This document shows positions 24,131 through 25,196 of a DNA stretch of 25,196 nucleotides, piece by piece. Made by a program: the position numbers and the translations under genes. Position 1 is the stretch's first letter. The number at the start of each line of letters is the position of its first letter. Source of the DNA: a virus (lineage: Duplodnaviria > Caudoviricetes); the IMG/VR virus record IMGVR_UViG_3300032312_001474, positions 1-25,196 of that record. One strand, given 5' to 3'. Below the pieces are notes generated by a model that was not told the DNA's origin, searched no databases, and was given only the letters and a program-made list of their open reading frames with translations.

Positions 24131-24901
24131 TTAACCGATAACAAAAGTCAATGGTTGAGAAGCATCCACATACAGTTTGAGCTCTTCAATACACTTGTCC
24201 ATTTGTGCCTGTGCTTCTGCTTTCATTGCTGCACCATTGAGGGTGCCGCCGCCTTGTGGTCCAGCAATGCTTCCGAACTTTTCGCGGGCTTCACCAATGA
24301 TCATCTTGCTGGCTGCTACCATGTAATCCTTGATCCATTGTTGGATCTGGAAGTCGCCCAACAACTGAATTTCAGGCTTGAGGTTGTAGGTCCACAACAA
24401 GACCACTTCACCGTAGCCGGTTGGACTGCGGATAAGTTGCAGTTTCTTTGTGACAGGATTCCAGGTGTAGTTTATAAAGCCGCCAAACATTCTAGCGGCC
24501 AATTCCACATATTGAGTATAGAAATCATAGGTGGCCAGGCCGCCTGCTTGATTAAAGTTGATCAGGTACACATTCATCTGTGCCTGGCTAAACGGATCAA
24601 AATTTGAACCTGTTGGTCCTGAGGCAATACCAAAACTGCGTCGGAAAATCTGTCTAACGCTCTGCACTTCTTGTGGCAAAGTATAGATATTCTGCTGATT
24701 AACCAACTGCATGAAGCTGTAGCTTTCTTCGTAGGCATTGTTGGCCCGTTGGCGATAGGTGCCAACGGTCTTTTGATATGCTGCTTCCAGGTGAGCAGGA
24801 TCAAGCTCAAGGTCAATGATTTGATGGCCCAGTTGTAGGCGCACATACTCAAAGAGATTGGTTTTTAGTGTGATTAAATCAATAGGTTGTTGTTCGACCA
24901 T
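24131..24901 (-). CDS. gp13: Neck protein (T4 gp13-like head-tail adaptor)
   Basis: RLQLGHQIIDLELD, YTLPQEV, WIKDY and IGEAREKFGSIAGPQGGGTLNG..MKAEA; TAAATA box at 24919-24924 and GGAG SD. Confidence 0.88.
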   Translation of the reverse strand: MVEQQPIDLITLKTNLFEYVRLQLGHQIIDLELDPAHLEAAYQKTVGTYRQRANNAYEESYSFMQLVNQQNIYTLPQEVQSVRQIFRRSFGIASGPTGSNFDPFSQAQMNVYLINFNQAGGLATYDFYTQYVELAARMFGGFINYTWNPVTKKLQLIRSPTGYGEVVLLWTYNLKPEIQLLGDFQIQQWIKDYMVAASKMIIGEAREKFGSIAGPQGGGTLNGAAMKAEAQAQMDKCIEELKLYVDASQPLTFVIG

Positions 24902-24929
24902 TAGGGGCTCCGTCCCTATATTTAGTCGT

Positions 24930-25196
24930 TTACCAGGCCTTCAGTATCACCAGATTCTCAGTTCCACGTCCGTTGAACTGTGTTTCTGTAGTGGTTAGAT
25001 CTTTGTAGATCTTTCTGGCAGCCGGCTTGCCTGCGGCCTGCATGGCTTTCACAACGTCTGCAGGTTTTCGCACAGTTTTCTGCATGCTTTCAGACACACT
25101 GAATCCAATGATGGAATTGCTCTTTATGGTAAATGCTCCTGCATGCGAGTCTGCTACCACGTGAATCAACTTGCGCTTTTTGGTATCATACAGCCA
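24930..25196 (-). CDS. Hypothetical phage protein, C-terminal part only
   Basis: Frame stays open to the window edge: WLYDTKKRKLIHVVAD...QKTVRKP...NGRGTENLVILKAW. Confidence 0.75.
   Translation of the reverse strand, partial: WLYDTKKRKLIHVVADSHAGAFTIKSNSIIGFSVSESMQKTVRKPADVVKAMQAAGKPAARKIYKDLTTTETQFNGRGTENLVILKAW

Noticed and set aside
11-24607. Numerous plus-strand ORFs in the track (e.g. 18-365, 8869-9309, 13437-14009, 18922-19443, 19447-20205, 23641-24129, 24107-24607)
   Set aside because: They are antisense shadows of well-supported minus-strand genes, with no recognisable motifs or initiation signals. Only 22593-22937 is supported on the plus strand.
24903-24919. Small hairpin TAGGG-ACGGAGC-CCCTA around the gp13 SD
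   Set aside because: The stem is only 5 bp with the SD in the loop, and the late TSS probably cuts into the 5' arm; too weak to call regulatory.
1-25196. Stop-codon reassignment as seen in some large phages
   Set aside because: Core genes are intact and densely packed under code 11, and TAA, TGA and TAG (4355, 5747) all end genes at sensible boundaries.

Overview
This window is a 25 kb segment of a large T4-related (contractile-tailed) bacteriophage genome, with almost all genes on the minus strand. In transcription order (right to left) it encodes: gp13-like neck protein, DEDDh exonuclease, dNMP kinase, a lone plus-strand Zn-finger/HNH gene, a 1166-aa tail sheath, tail tube, tube-like baseplate/initiator protein, gp4-like head-completion nuclease, putative small terminase, a ~6 kb block of probable virion/internal head proteins plus a signal-peptide-bearing thermonuclease, large terminase, a 473-aa probable head protein, a glycosyltransferase/SGNH-like/methyltransferase trio, gp32 SSB, an AT-rich inserted ORF, UvsX, a small acidic protein, UvsY and a truncated cytidylyltransferase(-cupin). 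Four signals stand out. (i) A recurring TAAATA late-promoter-like box often sits only 4-5 nt before start codons, implying leaderless late mRNAs, and in places lies inside occluding hairpins. (ii) A candidate capsid-cargo system: N-termini resembling the T4 capsid-targeting sequence, repeated hydrophobic-x-E protease-like sites, a shared (L/M/I)AG(L/M) motif and a modular 927-aa protein. (iii) A hairpin-rich gp32 leader with AGGCAA repeats. (iv) A probably exported nuclease. All family calls come from motif recognition by eye, not from database searches. No CRISPR array, tRNA or rRNA was seen.
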